Counted from the whole stretch's first letter, positions 11,785 to 25,082 are shown. The stretch is DNA of 63,936 nt, filler included, from Pelomyxa schiedti (GCA_020536535.1; 10 parts of 10 records of this genome joined end to end with filler, not necessarily neighbours in it); one strand, 5' to 3'. Notes: generated by a model from the sequence alone, not told the origin. Program-made: numbers and translations.

Positions 11785-14723
11785 ATGAAGAAGTCGGGTG
11801 ATTTGGCTGTGTGGCGTAAAACGCGTGCAAAATAAAATCATCTACACCACACGTTGTTGCGTTGTTGTGATGCGTAACGAGTTCGATAACTAAACAAAAA
11901 AATAGGAGAATTTCAGGCACACGAGCAAGAAGTTAAATGTCTGGCCATAGGCAAGGGGAGTTGCAAAGTTTTCGCCACTGCATCTGTGGACACCAAACCA
12001 GAGTACGCCGTCGTCTCCTCTCTGTGTCAATATATATATACATATGTACATTTTTATTCCCGCAACAATCACCTTGACCTTAACCTGTATTAAATCACAA
12101 TCACAATCTCAATCACACAGCATTGGGGTATGGAGGCTGGACCAGTCTACTCCGGGAACGTCACTTTCGGGGAAGAATAAACCCACTACTGGGAGTGTCA
12201 CATGTGTTGCCTTTGACCCGCTAGAGGAGGTATTGATGGCTGGCCTCAACAACGGCACGGTACTGCTGTGGGACATAAGCTCCCAGGGTATCGCTAACCT
12301 CTTTCCACCGCATAGAAATTGTAATAATAAAGTGGCAATAGAGATTTCCCGGGTGCTCACCCATAAGGCACGCTGCACCGCAACTGACATCAATCCAATG
12401 GATGAATGGATGTGTGCCACAACTGGTGATGTGTGTAATGACTGTTTAGTGTTTCCTTTTGAACAGTGTTTTTTTCTAGGATTCATGTATCACATTGTGG
12501 GACATCAGAGCCAGCGAAAATATTGAAACCTTCAAAGCTCATTCCGGCCCTATTGGCGTATGCCGATTTACACCAGATGGCGTGTACGTCTGTCCTTCTT
12601 ACAATTCCAATTTTCTTATTCCTGTAGGTTCCTGGTATCTGGGGGTTCGGATGGCGTTGTAGCACTGTGGGACATTGCTCAAAGGCGCCTTTTTCAAACA
12701 CTATCGGACCACACAGCCCCTATCACGTGCATGTGCTTTCACCCTCATGAAGTACTTCTTGCTACTGGTAAAGAGTCCTAAGACGTACCACTTCAAACTT
12801 TTTCTCAACCTTTCCAGGTTCAGCCGATAAATCTGCACGATTTTGGGATTTGGAAACGTATACACAAATATCGTTTACCAGTGGTCCCTCATGTGTCCAA
12901 GCACTCACATTTGCTCCTGATGGGCATTCCGCTGTAGTAGCTTTCAACGACTCTTTGAGGGTAGTGACTATTTTCATTAGTCCCACTTACTCAACTTTTT
13001 TACCCTAGGTGTGTTCATGGGAGCCAATGGAAATAAAGGCAACTATTCAAGCAAATTGGACTCACTCACACCCACATCGCAGTCCCTTGGATTTGTGTAT
13101 TGTTAAAGAGCACATCATTGCGTGTACGGCGAATGGCTCTATGGTGACGGTGTGGTCAACACCTATTCACAAGGTTTGTGACATGGACATGACAGCTGCA
13201 GAAGATATGTCACATACCAATGAAGTCCTGGAGAAAGTGGCAGGCCCACGGTTGTTTTCCGTTCCTCTCCTTCATTGAAACTTGTTTCCAATTATATTTT
13301 TACAAAGAAATTTAGACTCCATTCAAGCCTGAAAAATGCTCTTGACGCACCTGAACAGCAACAAAATGAAGATATGAACAGCGATCAACTAGAAGATATA
13401 GTGGAAACTGAATCTTCAGTGTTAAGTAATAATAATCAGGGCTTGGTTATGCTGCCCACTTCTTCGGAATGGGAAAAGTATTCGCCATTGTATACTGTTT
13501 AAGTTAAGTGTAATGCTACCGTAGGCATTCCGTCCCTTTCAATAACCCTGTTGCACCCACACCTCCAGCCATAACATCATCTCCTACACCTATTTTCAGC
13601 CCCACTCCCACATCTGCAGCTAGCCCAACACCCCGGTCACAAGTAATCAGCACATCAGTTAAAAAACCAACAAGAGCACCTGGTATGTCCCTAGCCAGAG
13701 GTTAACTTCCGATAATCTCTATTCCTAGGTGCTTCACAGTCAAGTTCAGTCTCACGGTTAACTTTCCACTATATCTTCTTCGGAATTCACGTTTCTCAGG
13801 GATAAACCAGTCAGCCATAACTCACATACCCACCCAACTGTAACACCAAGAGAACAGCAAAATACTCCACCGACTACCACTCCGCGCACCATTCAACCAA
13901 CTCCCCGACAACCAACTTCAACATCAATAACAACTCCAAGAGAATCGGCAACCCAACCCCCCATTATCAAATCTATAAAAAACCCACCACCAAAAAAGCC
14001 AATGCCCACAACGCTTTACCCCACTGAAGAAAAATTAGTGGAGGCCATTTGCGGGCAACCTCACACAGACTGGATGCATCAACTTGCACTGCAAAATAAT
14101 AATCTTAAAGTACTACTTCCATCCCTTTTTGGTACTCACAACAAACAGGTTGTAACAAGTTTGTGGGGAAGTAACGGAAAGGATGCAGTCAGCGCACTCG
14201 GGAGAATGAACACATCGGTGTGTTCCACATTCCGGAAGGAACTTCTAAATTGCAACAGGTAGCTGTGGATATTATAAATATGCTACTAGGCAGACCGGAT
14301 TTGATTACGCTCGATATTGCAGGGCCTATTCAATCTTTGTCCAACAAAATGATAATCTTCCACTTTGAAGAGTAGCCCAAAATCTCTCTAAAACCCCACT
14401 AAACTGCTGTAAAGATTTCAAGAACCCGGATTGAAGACTTCCCTGTTGTTACTTACTGAGTTCGGCCCCCTCATAGAAGGAATTCTAAAATCCCCAATGG
14501 GCCCCGGTGTTGATATCTCGCGGTGCGTAATACCTGCCATTCCCGGATATTTTTTCTTACTATCCGCAGGGAGGAGCGGAAAGAAAAGTGCTTGGTTCTC
14601 CTAGAGCAGCTTCTCGCGCTCAAAGTGAAACTACCCTCGCTCATGCGGAGACCCGGCCCCATTGGGAAGCTTGCCGCTCAACTCACAACCAAATTCACAG
14701 AGTTCGACTTCTCCAAACACTAG
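11785..14723 (+). CDS. KATNB1: Katanin p80 WD40 subunit B1 homologue (many introns)
   Basis: N-terminal EFQAHEQEVKCLAIG; WD40s ...FHPHEVLLATG|SADKSARFWDLET; P/T-rich linker; C-terminal con80 motif PGVDISR|EERKEKC. Confidence 0.85.
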
Positions 14724-15061
14724 AAGCTGGAATACCCCGCCATAACACACTGCTTCGAAGCCAAATCAATACCGCACAGTTGAACATTGATGGGCTCAGC
14801 CTGTCTATGAAGTCTGATCGGTATGGCCATACAGTCGATTGATTCCATAAATGTACACTTGTGAATTCCCAGTGAAATGTCACTCCCGGGAGCAGCTTCC
14901 GGTTATTTTTTACTCGGAAGAGACAAAATAAATTAAATCATAAAAAAAACAAGTACACAACGTGACGCGCGTGCGGTCGTTCGTGTGAGGTGAACTGCGG
15001 GTCTTCGACACAACTCGAAAGAAGGAGTGCACGAAACAAGACAAAAACACAAAACAACACC

Positions 15062-16464
15062 ATGGCCGATGTGCACAGCCCAGGAACATGTTCCCACAGC
15101 AGCAGCAGTTGCTCGCGGTCGCCGTCGCCTGCCGCTTCTGCATCCCCGGGGAAACCAAACACCAGCAGTGGTTGTTGTTTCTTGCCTACTACAACAGGCG
15201 GTGCTGCGAACCACAACCACGCGCACGCGTTTGGGGGGAGGTCGATGAGCCCCGTGGCTTGTACTACTCCAGGGTCGAGTTTCGCGCAATCCGGCGCCCC
15301 GTCGCTGCTGCCGAGTACGCACAGCCCACCTACATCTCCGGGAAGCCCGTCATTATCATCTCCGGCATCACCAGCTTCTACCGATGTCGTCCGGGACATA
15401 ATACGATCCAACGAGAACAGAATTCAATCACTTGAAAACGAACTGAACCGAGTAAGTTGCTTCTTCTCTGGGTTAATAACTAAGGTTGATTTGTAACAAC
15501 ATACTTCCTTCTGTGTTATTCAGGTGAGATCAAGTATTGTTGAAAGGGAGAAAGAGTTAGCTTGTCACATGCTGTTGTCTCATCTTCTGGACACTTGTCA
15601 ACCAGTGATGCAAAACTGCGGCACAGTAGAAACTTGGAAGTCATTATCAGAAATACTGGCGCTACTGCCCCCTGCATGGTGAGCTAAGTTTCCTTATTTT
15701 TGGCAATAACTGGGCACAGGCAATACCCCGAAGTATGTTGTGCACGGCTCAGCTGGAATGGCACGACTATTACTACAGAAAACTTCAAGCAAAGTCCCTG
15801 GTTTCAGTCATCAGATATTGTCACCTATAGTCCTGACTGTGTAAAACAAAAATCTGGGTCCATTGAGGTAGGGGATTAAGCTCTTTATTCACTGCCACTG
15901 AGTTTTTCCCAGGTATTCTATACGGAGCTGAGGCCTCTGATATATCCAAAAACGAGCACAGATACCGTTACTCCCGGAAAACTTTCTCCATCTACACCCC
16001 AAAACCCTTCCGCAAAAGCCGAACTATCACCGTTCATGGTGGAGGAACAGAATTTGCTGAACGTAGTAACTGAACGAGTTGGCAAGTTCTTATCGCAAGT
16101 CACAGTACAACAGCGAATTGCCAGGCTCAGCGGCCTACTTCCCATGTGTGCATGCTGCAACCGTGTGGAAGATACCGCTACCAGCAGTTCCGCGGACTCC
16201 ATGGAGGAGGGTTCCCTATGGTTGAGCCTGGAGGAGTACTTACACCGGCACTCACACGTCGACTTCCAGCGCTGCCTGTGCCCACAGTGCACAGACCGGC
16301 TCTATGCCACCGCACTGGAATCAACTACTCCAACATCAAACAACACCGCACAATCAACCACATCCACCAACAGCAACCCAACTGATATCACTGGGCTTAT
16401 TTTCCCCCAACCCACACCACAACCTCATCCACAGCACCAAACACAACAACTTGCACTCTACTAG
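15062..16464 (+). CDS. Ser/Pro-rich + coiled coil + prokaryote-type GAF-like sensor domain + C-terminal Cys4 zinc-binding motif (multi-exon)
   Basis: Spliced LLPPAW|QYPEVCCARLSWNGTTITTENFKQSPWFQSSDI...GSIE|VFY...PFMVEEQNLLNVVTERVG, then LSGLLPMCACCNRVED...WLSLEEYL...FQRCLCPQC. Confidence 0.7.
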
Positions 16465-16566
16465 TATTTCTATTGTAATTTTCCTATTATCTTTTGGGTT
16501 TTCCCCAAGAGTGGATGAAAAGCGAGGGAAGAACTTTTTTCAAAAAAAAAAATCCGACTGTTCTTT

Positions 16567-18606
16567 TCACAGTGTGTCTTGGTCCTCGTCATCAGCCCAG
16601 TTCTCCAACGGAGCCGGGGTTGTGTTGAAATTAGGGGTTTGGCTTCTACCTTGCAACCACCAAAGGCTTTCGTCAAAGGTGCCGCAGGAACCCCTTTTGA
16701 AGGGCTCCAGCTCAGACGGGAGTGGCTCAAGGTGCAAAAGCTGGAGGCTTAGTGGTGATGAAAAGGCCACGCGCGGGAACCGGGACCACTCGCTGCTGGG
16801 GATTCTCGGGAACATTCTCATCAGCAAACTCAATCCTGCGAAGTCAACATCCCATTGGCCACCCACCAGCGCCGTTCCGCGTGTCATAAACTTGTCTTCC
16901 ATAAATACACTCTGTTGGGGTTTTGTGTGATGAATCGGGGTGGTGGTAGTAGTACCTTGGGGGACAGACCATGCAGCTGCTTCACAAACCACTGAGCACA
17001 GCTGTACTTTTTGCAGGAAATTAGCATCATGAGTAGTTGCACTTTGTCCCTCTCCTGCAGGACTGAGGTCAAATTGAAGTGCAACATCAGCCATTTGAAT
17101 ATCTTGCTGTGTGTAATAGAGTCATAGAGCCCTTCCAGTGATGTAGAAGTAGTATTCCTCCAGCCACGTTGCGGTTCGGGAATTGCAGTAAGAAAGTGCC
17201 GTATTAAGACCCTCCATCACCTCACCTGCACTTGGGAGGGTTCTAGCAGCAACCAACTTTGCAATGGCCACGTTGTCCTTTCTGTTTGAGCAGGCCAGAA
17301 TAAACTCGTGTTGTGTTGGGTGTGCCCTCTCAAGGAGCCACTTCATAAACTGCACATCTTCCGCAACTGGCAAGTGGAATCTGAGGCTGACATCAACCAA
17401 GGAGGAATTTACGCTTTGCAATGCCCACTTGATGACTTCACAGTGCTTTGTGTCAGTGAAGGTGAAGTGCTCATCGGGAAAATACTCCACAAGCCACTGG
17501 CAAACCCTGATGATCTCCTCTGTTGGCGACTTGCTCTTCACAGCTTGCCACGCCATATCCTTTGCATTGTGCCTCCATTGAGGAAACGTTTCAACAAGCC
17601 TCCTGATGTCAGATACATTCTTGGGAATTCCCCAGTACCCGAGGCCAAAAGCCCCAATCAGCCTTTCTGTCAAGTTGAATGTGTGTGACAACCAGAGGAT
17701 GGTGTCCAGCTGGAAGCCGCGGGCTGCTGCAAATACACGTCTCAGCAACCACCAACTCTCATCGGTCCCTCCAAATCTGGACAGGGCCCACTTGAGTGTC
17801 TCCAGGTGCCCCCGTTTGGCTGATCGGTCAAGAAGCCTTGGGATGGCCTGGTTCCCCCAAAACACGCTGTCAAGAGTGCCGACTGTCACATCGGCACCGA
17901 GACCGGGAGACGCACAAGTGGGCAGTGGGTAGAACACAACCCCACGACTCGGAGACGACGAAGCCGAAGCAGCAGCAGCAGCCGAAGCAGTATCAGCCAC
18001 AGAATCGGGCCAGCACAGAGAACCCCAAGGGGCGCCCTCGTCAACAAACCTTTTCGCTGAGTCCAGGTGCCCACCGGCACCCATCCCGATCAACACCGAC
18101 ATGCACTCCTTCCAGTGGCCCCCCGCCCTCGGCCACCACGACACGCCGTCGACGACATCGTCGTGGCGCCCAGAGGGCTGCCTGCAGCCAAGGTGGGCCA
18201 CGACCCACGCGCAGCAGCGCGGGGCGTCGGCTTCGCCGCAGCACTCGAGGAGCCAGCGACGGCTCGACGACGCGCCCCGCGACCGCCTGACGCCACGGCA
18301 CACAAGGCCAACGAGGGGGAACAGGGCCTCGGCAAGACGCAGCAGCGAGACCACGTGCTTGTGCTTGAGCGACGGTATCCGGTGGTACTCGATCCCCATG
18401 TTGTCGTCGTTGTTGGTGTCCTCCTCTTCCGTTGTGGATGAGGCGGAAGTTGGTCCTCCACGAAGGAGGCGGGCACACGACGGTGTCGGGAAGAAGCAGT
18501 GGGAAGCGGCGTCTGGGAGCATCAGGGGTACTACGGATTCCCAGACGAAATGTGACACCCAAACCACCCATTGTGTCTTTGTCTCTGTTGTTTGCGTCGT
18601 TTGCAT
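16567..18606 (-). CDS. Lineage-specific protein with degenerate ankyrin-like helical repeats
   Basis: Long ORF with motifs GAGGHLDSAKRF, SAKRGHLETLKWAL, AARGFQLDTILWL, HCEVIKWAL; probable intron near 17100-17150 joins the 16567-17094 ORF. Confidence 0.55.
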
Positions 18607-19074
18607 CGCTTTTCTCGAAGTGGCTGATATACACCGGAATGCGATTGAACGAAGAAAAATTTGAACGCGAATCGTGTTTTTTTTTGAAACACAAATCGAA
18701 ACCGTGTTGTGGAATTGAATCGGGCTCCTTTTAAGCGTTGGGTTTTTTTGAAAAAAAATATGGCAAAGCAAGGGGTACCATGAGCCAAGCGGTCTGTGAA
18801 CAAGCGTGCTGGACGGCTTGAACGTTCAAGGTTGTGGTGCACACCCGAAACAACCCAACGAGGACTTTGACGACACCCCAAGTTGGCATCGTTGGCCGAC
18901 ACCGCTGGGACATCCCCGAAGTGCGCGTTGTTGTTTTGTTTGACTAATTGGATGCGGTTGCTCTCAACTTCCAGTGGCGGTTGTGGAAAGCCTTTTCAGT
19001 TACCCTTTTTTCCCCTCTGTTAGGTTCTAATACTATCCAGGTATGCTGATATAAGCCAAACAACAAAGAAGATC

Positions 19075-20690
19075 ATTGGAGCTCAAATTGAGGTTCTCTA
19101 CTAAACAAAGATGTAACTCTTAACCAACAAAAAAGGCCCAGCGAATTTTATGGTGGCAAGAACAACCTCTAAAAGGTTTCTTCTTTTATTTTTTTTATTA
19201 CCACAATAAATATCTTATTGTCGAAAAAGGACTCGCCCCAATATTGCTTTTGATTCTCCGATTGACTTGGATGAAATGGGTGCTCTGCATCAACCAACAG
19301 CGAGAGTAGAACAGAGAGGCCACTTTTGCGTAGGTATGTGTGCTTACTGCCCTCTTTCAAATTAATTCCCACAAGACCAACACCCTCTCCTGATTTTGTC
19401 TGAGTTGCCGCACCTAGGAGCGGAAGTGTGACTTACACCTTGCACACATAGAACTCACTACTTCCACCAGGCAAAACGAAATAAAGCCATTTCTATTATC
19501 TCCCTTATCACTGACACACAATTCAACGGAAATACTCGGCAAAACAAATAACTTTTTTTTTGTAAAGAATGTTAATGTGGAAAGGGATAAAGTGGAGGGA
19601 AACAGGTGTCCACTCATGTGATGGCGTGCTTGCGTAAGAAGGAACTGGGTTGGAAAATCTTTGATATAATTCATTATCAAAAACAGTAAAAAAACAACCT
19701 TCAATGTAGTGGCGACGTGGTTGTGGTCTTACTATCGTGAGAAGTACAAGTGGAAAAAAAAAACCAAACCTTGGTGTTGCAAGGGTTGTGAAAGTAGAAG
19801 TAGCCGGCTTGGTAACAGAAAGGGTGTTATAATACATAAAGTACATTTGTTGGTTCTATGTGGAACAGAGTGTGCACACATTGATAGAGTTGCCTGTTCA
19901 GCACAACTTCGTCGGCGTTTCGTAANNNNNNNNNNNNNNNNNNNNNNNNNNNNNNNNNNNNNNNNNNNNNNNNNNNNNNNNNNNNNNNNNNNNNNNNNNN
20001 NNNNNNNNNNNNNNNNNNNNNNNNNCATTGGAGCTCAAATTGAGGTTCTCTACTAAACAAAGATGTAACTCTTAACCAACAAAAAAGGCCCAGCGAATTT
20101 TATGGTGGCAAGAACAACCTCTAAAAGGTTTCTTCTTTTATTTTTTATTACCACAATAAATATCTTATTGTCGAAAAAGGACTCGCCCCGATATTGCTTT
20201 TGATTCTCCGATTGACTTGGATGAAATGGGTGCTCTGCATCAACCAACAGCGAAGGCAAGAGTCTCTATTTGTGAACGAAGTGTACTTATTTTATTTTCA
20301 CCTATAATATTGGTGCGAGAGTAGAACAGAGAGGCCACTTACTTTTGCGTAGGTATGTGTGCTTACTGCCCTCTTTCAAATTAATTCCCGCAAGACCAGC
20401 ACCCTCTCCTGATTTTGTCTGAGTTGCCGCACCTAGGAGCGGAAGTGTGACTTACACCTTGCACACATAGAACTCACCACTTCCACCAGGCAAAACGAAA
20501 TAAAGCCATTTCTATTATCTCCCTTATCACTGACACACAATTCAACGGAAATACTCGGCAAAACAAAGTTAACTTTTTTTTTGTAAAGAATGTTAATGTG
20601 GAAAGGGATAAAGTGGAGGGAAACAGGTGTCCACTCATGTGATGGCGTGCTTGCGTAAGAAGGAACTGGGTTGGAAAATCTTTGATATAA
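19075..20690. repeat. Diverged ~600-bp tandem duplication (19075-19670 and 20026-20690), apparently non-coding
   Basis: Long near-identical blocks; copy 2 has a ~60-bp insertion and several substitutions. Confidence 0.8.
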
Positions 20691-21145
20691 NNNNNNNNNN
20701 NNNNNNNNNNNNNNNNNNNNNNNNNNNNNNNNNNTTAATTAATTAANNNNNNNNNNNNNNNNNNNNNNNNNNNNNNNNNNNNNNNNNNNNAGTGGTCCCT
20801 CAGCCACCACCACAGCACCCTCAACACCAATGTGCTGTGTTGTTGCAGCGGCACCAGCGCTGACGAATTCATCCACCACAATTGATTTTCTGACGTCACA
20901 CTGACCTCAAGCAGCAACTGCAGCGGACAGGCCTTGAGCCACGCAGGTCTTACTTGTCGAAAAGTGCGCAAGAGAAGCCAACTTTTCACGTGTCCCGAAA
21001 TACACCAGTGGTACACTGGAGCAGATGTGTGAACACCATACTTTCGGTTTCGACTTCTCGGGAAAAAAAACACAAAGTGCGCTGGGGCCAGGGTGTTTGG
21101 TGAAAGATTTATTGAACTTTTGTGTTGGTAGTTTCTTAGGAAAAC

Positions 21146-22420
21146 TCAGGAGGAGAATTCTATGTTGACTGTCAGTGATTGCCACTGTTGGAATGAAATT
21201 GTAACCACTGTGCAGTGGGATGTGGATTCAATGATGTGGATGTTGCACTCATTGAGGTGAAAAAGGAAACCTCTGTCCTCTTTGATGTGTGTTCCACTCA
21301 GAAGGAGTGCTGCCCTTGATGCTGTTCGTGGGAGGTCCTTGCTGCTGCTGTTGTTCAAGATGGGAACTTGGCCTTTCAGTAGCGAGCACTGCATCATGTT
21401 CTCAGAGTCAAAGGGCACAAGTGGCACCTTGATTGCTTTGCCACCACTCCCTTCTTCAACTTTCAGTCCCCACTCCATTCGGAGTCTCCGAAGAGATTCG
21501 CGTTCAGAGTCGATCACAGTGTGGGATCCATCACTTCTCTTCAGCAAAAACACAAACGCACAATCAGGTGGTGGATCCACAACATGGGTGGTGCTGATCA
21601 CAACAAGGGAACCAGTTGCATGTGTTTCCTCCACATCAACCATCACAAACGAAGGCATCCATTCCCCTGGTCTGTTCACCACCAGCAGCAGTTCATCAGC
21701 CCTTGATTTCGAGAACCTCACAAGGCTGATCCCGGAAGCTAGTGAAGTAGTAATAGCCGGCGGGATTGCAACAACTCTGGTATCCTCACTGCCGATAAAA
21801 CACCCAGGAATCAGGCGCCTTGTCAGCAAAATGGGTGCATAATCCTTGCTCCCAAAGAACCAACCGCACGTCGCCACCCACTTGTGGTTGGCCGCCACCT
21901 TCCAGCTCTGGAAGTTCTTTGGGTCTTCGCCAACCACTCCAACTGCAACCCCACCACGCACTGGGTCGAACAACTTCCACCTCCCAATGAAGCTGCCGAA
22001 CCTGTCTTTGTATACCTTGGAGATGTACCACCTGTCATCCACCCAGAGCAAACCACCACAGTTTCCCCTGAACTCCACGCCCAGGTCGCCGCTCCCTGCT
22101 CCTCCCACAATCGTGGTTGCGGTGGTCGTCGTTGCGGGAATCAGGGAAGCGGGCATGAGGCTCCCCAGCAGCGGGGAGACCCGCACGCACACGCACACGC
22201 TCTCTTTCGGCAGCCTCTCGCCGGTGGGGCCGTGGGCCTCGCCCTGGACGTGCAGCACGAAGGTGGCGGGGGTGCCCCTGACCAAGTGGTCCCACACGAT
22301 GCGGGCGACACCGGGGCCGAACGAAGGGACCATGGCCAGCGCACACAGTTGGTCGCGGGTGCGAATCAACGGTGTCACAACGTATGGTACGTCGTGGTCG
22401 TCGTCGCTTTCGCTTTTCAT
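21146..22420 (-). CDS. Expanded family member A1: N-terminal F-box-like 'RDQL' motif + beta-rich domain, intronless
   Basis: MKSESDDD...LIRTRDQLCALAMVPSFGPGVARIVWDHLV; ANHKW; DELLLV. Paralogous to 27944 and 29485. Confidence 0.75.
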   Translation of the reverse strand: MKSESDDDHDVPYVVTPLIRTRDQLCALAMVPSFGPGVARIVWDHLVRGTPATFVLHVQGEAHGPTGERLPKESVCVCVRVSPLLGSLMPASLIPATTTTATTIVGGAGSGDLGVEFRGNCGGLLWVDDRWYISKVYKDRFGSFIGRWKLFDPVRGGVAVGVVGEDPKNFQSWKVAANHKWVATCGWFFGSKDYAPILLTRRLIPGCFIGSEDTRVVAIPPAITTSLASGISLVRFSKSRADELLLVVNRPGEWMPSFVMVDVEETHATGSLVVISTTHVVDPPPDCAFVFLLKRSDGSHTVIDSERESLRRLRMEWGLKVEEGSGGKAIKVPLVPFDSENMMQCSLLKGQVPILNNSSSKDLPRTASRAALLLSGTHIKEDRGFLFHLNECNIHIIESTSHCTVVTISFQQWQSLTVNIEFSS

Positions 22421-22594
22421 TGTTTTATGCTGCATGCCTTCTTTGATTCGATTTGAGCGATTAAAATGATTCAATCTTCGAAGTGCTGACCCAGACTAGC
22501 TGTCTCCCTGAAGTAAACCAGCGGAAGTCATACAGCAATGCACTGGAAATTTCAAGGAACCAGAAAACGAAGCTATGACTTTGTGTGGTGATAA

Positions 22595-24115
22595 TCAACA
22601 AGACAACCGTGGTGTAACGACCAGATGGTTACAGAATGGAAATTCCGGAGTGAGGACACAGAATCCAGTAAATGGTTCAACCACTGTGAGGTGTGAGTTG
22701 TCAGAACAGAAGAGGAACCCAGATTCCATTGAAACACGTGACCACACCTGCCCTGATGGGAGGTCTCTGGTGTTGTATCTGATCCCAGAACTGGATAAAT
22801 CCACCTGTGAGGGGCTGGTTGGGTGGTTGCAGTCGCATATCAGGAGCTTTCCAGATTCAGCACCATTCTTGATGAAGAACACAGAGTCATTCACAGGTTG
22901 AAACTGAGTGAAGGAGGGGTCGAGCAATGCGACGTGGCCACTGAACTCTTCCACTGAAGCACCACACTTTTTATTGGATCGTCCATTCCTGTTGGGATCT
23001 GGGACCCACCCTGTGCAGATGAAACACCGGGCTCCATTTTTCTTCCTTGTCACACACACGTCTGAGATGTGACGAAGTAGAGATGAGCACACTGTGGTGG
23101 TGCTCAGAATACAGAGTGCACCAGTGGTGCTGGTCTGCTCCAGGTCAAACACAGTGATTGTAGGAACATTCTTGTTGAGAACAAGCAACAGCTCATCAGG
23201 CCTTTGTTTGCTGAGCTTCAAGCTTATATCGAAAAAAAGCAGAACCCTATCATCACATCTGGTGAGTTCCAGTGGAACTTTGTATTGAGTGATTTCATGG
23301 AAGCTGCTGTTATCCTCTAAAGAGTGAAGGAGAAGAAACTTCTCCCCAGAGCCCCTATCACCAGGGGCTCCAGAAAACACAACAATCCACTTGGAATTAA
23401 CAGCCTCGTATCGACCATGTAACTGCACTGGCGCCTCACAGACCAGCACTCCATCCCCCTCATCACTGTACTCATCACCGGCACTTCGCAGTACCCACAA
23501 CATTTTCTCCTGAGTTTCATCACGAAAGAAGTGCCGGAGGTACCTGGTGTCGTCCACCCACTGGCTGACACCACAAAGACTCAACGAGATCGCCGGTCTG
23601 TCACTTATCTCACCCACCATGCTGAGCAGCAGTGGTGAGACCCTCACGCGCAAGCACCTCGTGCCACCCTCCTCCACATCGAACACAAACACCCTGGCAG
23701 TGGACACAATCAAGTCCCACACCAGCCTGCCCACAATATGCCCACCCATCCTCAGTGCTTCACATGTTGTTGGAGTAGTTGTAGTTGTAGTAGTGGTTTG
23801 GGTTTCTGGTTCCGATTCTATCTTCTTTCTGTTTCTTCTCCTTTTGGCTTTGGCCTTGGCTCCTGTCGTGAGTTTTTTCTTCATCATCGGTTGGGTCGTT
23901 TTCAGTTGCGGCTGGCACCAACTTGGGGGCGAGGCTCGTCGGCGCTCGGCGACGACATGCCGTCGTGTTGGGGTGGTGCGTCGAAGATGAGGACGACTAC
24001 GACACCCCGAGGAGGAGGCAGCGGCAGGTTCCAGCAGCACGCCAACTTGGTCGCAGGCTCGCACATACGGCTGTGGTTTACAACAACGTCCACCCCCCCC
24101 ACGGTGAGGCCACAA
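22595..24115 (-). CDS. Expanded family member (RDQL-type motif + beta-rich domain)
   Basis: 506-aa ORF: YVRACDQVGVLL...IVGRLVWDLIV, RVSPLL, WVDD, VNSKW, DELLLV, LTVVEPFTGFCVL. Start codon uncertain. Confidence 0.7.
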   Translation of the reverse strand: MWPHRGGGGRCCKPQPYVRACDQVGVLLEPAAASSSGCRSRPHLRRTTPTRRHVVAERRRASPPSWCQPQLKTTQPMMKKKLTTGAKAKAKRRRNRKKIESEPETQTTTTTTTTPTTCEALRMGGHIVGRLVWDLIVSTARVFVFDVEEGGTRCLRVRVSPLLLSMVGEISDRPAISLSLCGVSQWVDDTRYLRHFFRDETQEKMLWVLRSAGDEYSDEGDGVLVCEAPVQLHGRYEAVNSKWIVVFSGAPGDRGSGEKFLLLHSLEDNSSFHEITQYKVPLELTRCDDRVLLFFDISLKLSKQRPDELLLVLNKNVPTITVFDLEQTSTTGALCILSTTTVCSSLLRHISDVCVTRKKNGARCFICTGWVPDPNRNGRSNKKCGASVEEFSGHVALLDPSFTQFQPVNDSVFFIKNGAESGKLLICDCNHPTSPSQVDLSSSGIRYNTRDLPSGQVWSRVSMESGFLFCSDNSHLTVVEPFTGFCVLTPEFPFCNHLVVTPRLSC

Positions 24116-24345
24116 GGTTCTGAGAAATTGTTAGCTAACAACTGACCAGGCAGCATGAATTCCTCCCTGACCCGCTTCATGATTCAGTTGAGTGGCTTCC
24201 TCTTCTCAATTGCTAGTATGTGCAGAAATATGAAGGACATTGGTTGGAGACTTCATCACTTCATGGACTCAGCTTGCCATCGTGTTGTATGGAAGATGAG
24301 AAGTTGCAACAACCAATTACTTTTCATTTCATGGTTGGGAAAAAA

Positions 24346-24810
24346 TCAAGAGGAGAACTTAATGTTGAGTGTGAGTGATTGCCACTGTTGGAATTCAATG
24401 GCCACCACAGTGCAGTGAGATGTGGACTCAATGACATGGATGCTGGACCCATTGACGTGAAAAATGAATCCCCTGTCATCACTTATTCTCACTCTATCAC
24501 TTATCAGGAGTGACCATGATGTTGCTGTTGGTGGGCGATCATTGTTGATGTTATTTTGCAAGATGGGAACTTGGCCTTTCAGGAGCGAGCACTGCATCAT
24601 GTTCTCACAGTCGAGGGACACAAGTGGCACCTTTGTTGCATTGCCACCACTCCCTTCTTCAACTTTGTTGCACCGAGCACCAACTTGGGGGTGGACCGCG
24701 ACGACATGCTGTCTTGTTGGGGTGGTGCGCCGAAGATGAGGACGACGACACCCCAGGAGCAACGAGGAGGAGGCAGCAGCAGGTTCCAGCAGCACGCCAA
24801 ATCTGGAGGC
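24346..24810 (-). pseudogene. Chimeric relic: 5' piece of the 22595-type gene fused to the 3' end of the 27944-type gene
   Basis: GVLLEPAAASSS..RPHLRRTTPTR joined to KVEEGSGGNATKVPL...NIKFSS. Confidence 0.75.
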
Positions 24811-24811
24811 A

Positions 24812-24893
24812 GGGGCGGTCATTTTACAGAGAGGACACACATGATGTAATTTAGGGTGGTCACCTATCATTTCCTGTGTAAAATGACCGCCCC
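24812..24893. mobile_element. Short element with a 17-bp perfect inverted repeat (possible MITE relic)
   Basis: GGGGCGGTCATTTTACA ... TGTAAAATGACCGCCCC; no clear target-site duplication. Confidence 0.4.
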
Positions 24894-24986
24894 GGGGCGT
24901 GGGGCGTGTGGTGTGGGGTGAGGGCGGCTTCTGCCAACGGTATATTTATTTGTTTATCTATTTTATTAAATTATTTAAATTTAAGA

Positions 24987-25024
24987 CATAACATAACAAA
25001 CATAACATAACATAACATAACATA
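24987..25024 (+). repeat. (CATAA)n microsatellite
   Basis: Visible pentamer repeat. Confidence 0.8.
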
Positions 25025-25082
25025 CATGTTTGTTATACAATGCAATGGACACAGTGGTATGTTTCCGTTTGTGTTTTAAGTC

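Noticed and set aside
17796-18664. Numerous long overlapping or antisense ORFs in GC-rich 5' gene regions
   Set aside because: Expected shadow ORFs of GC-rich coding sequence; no independent motifs.
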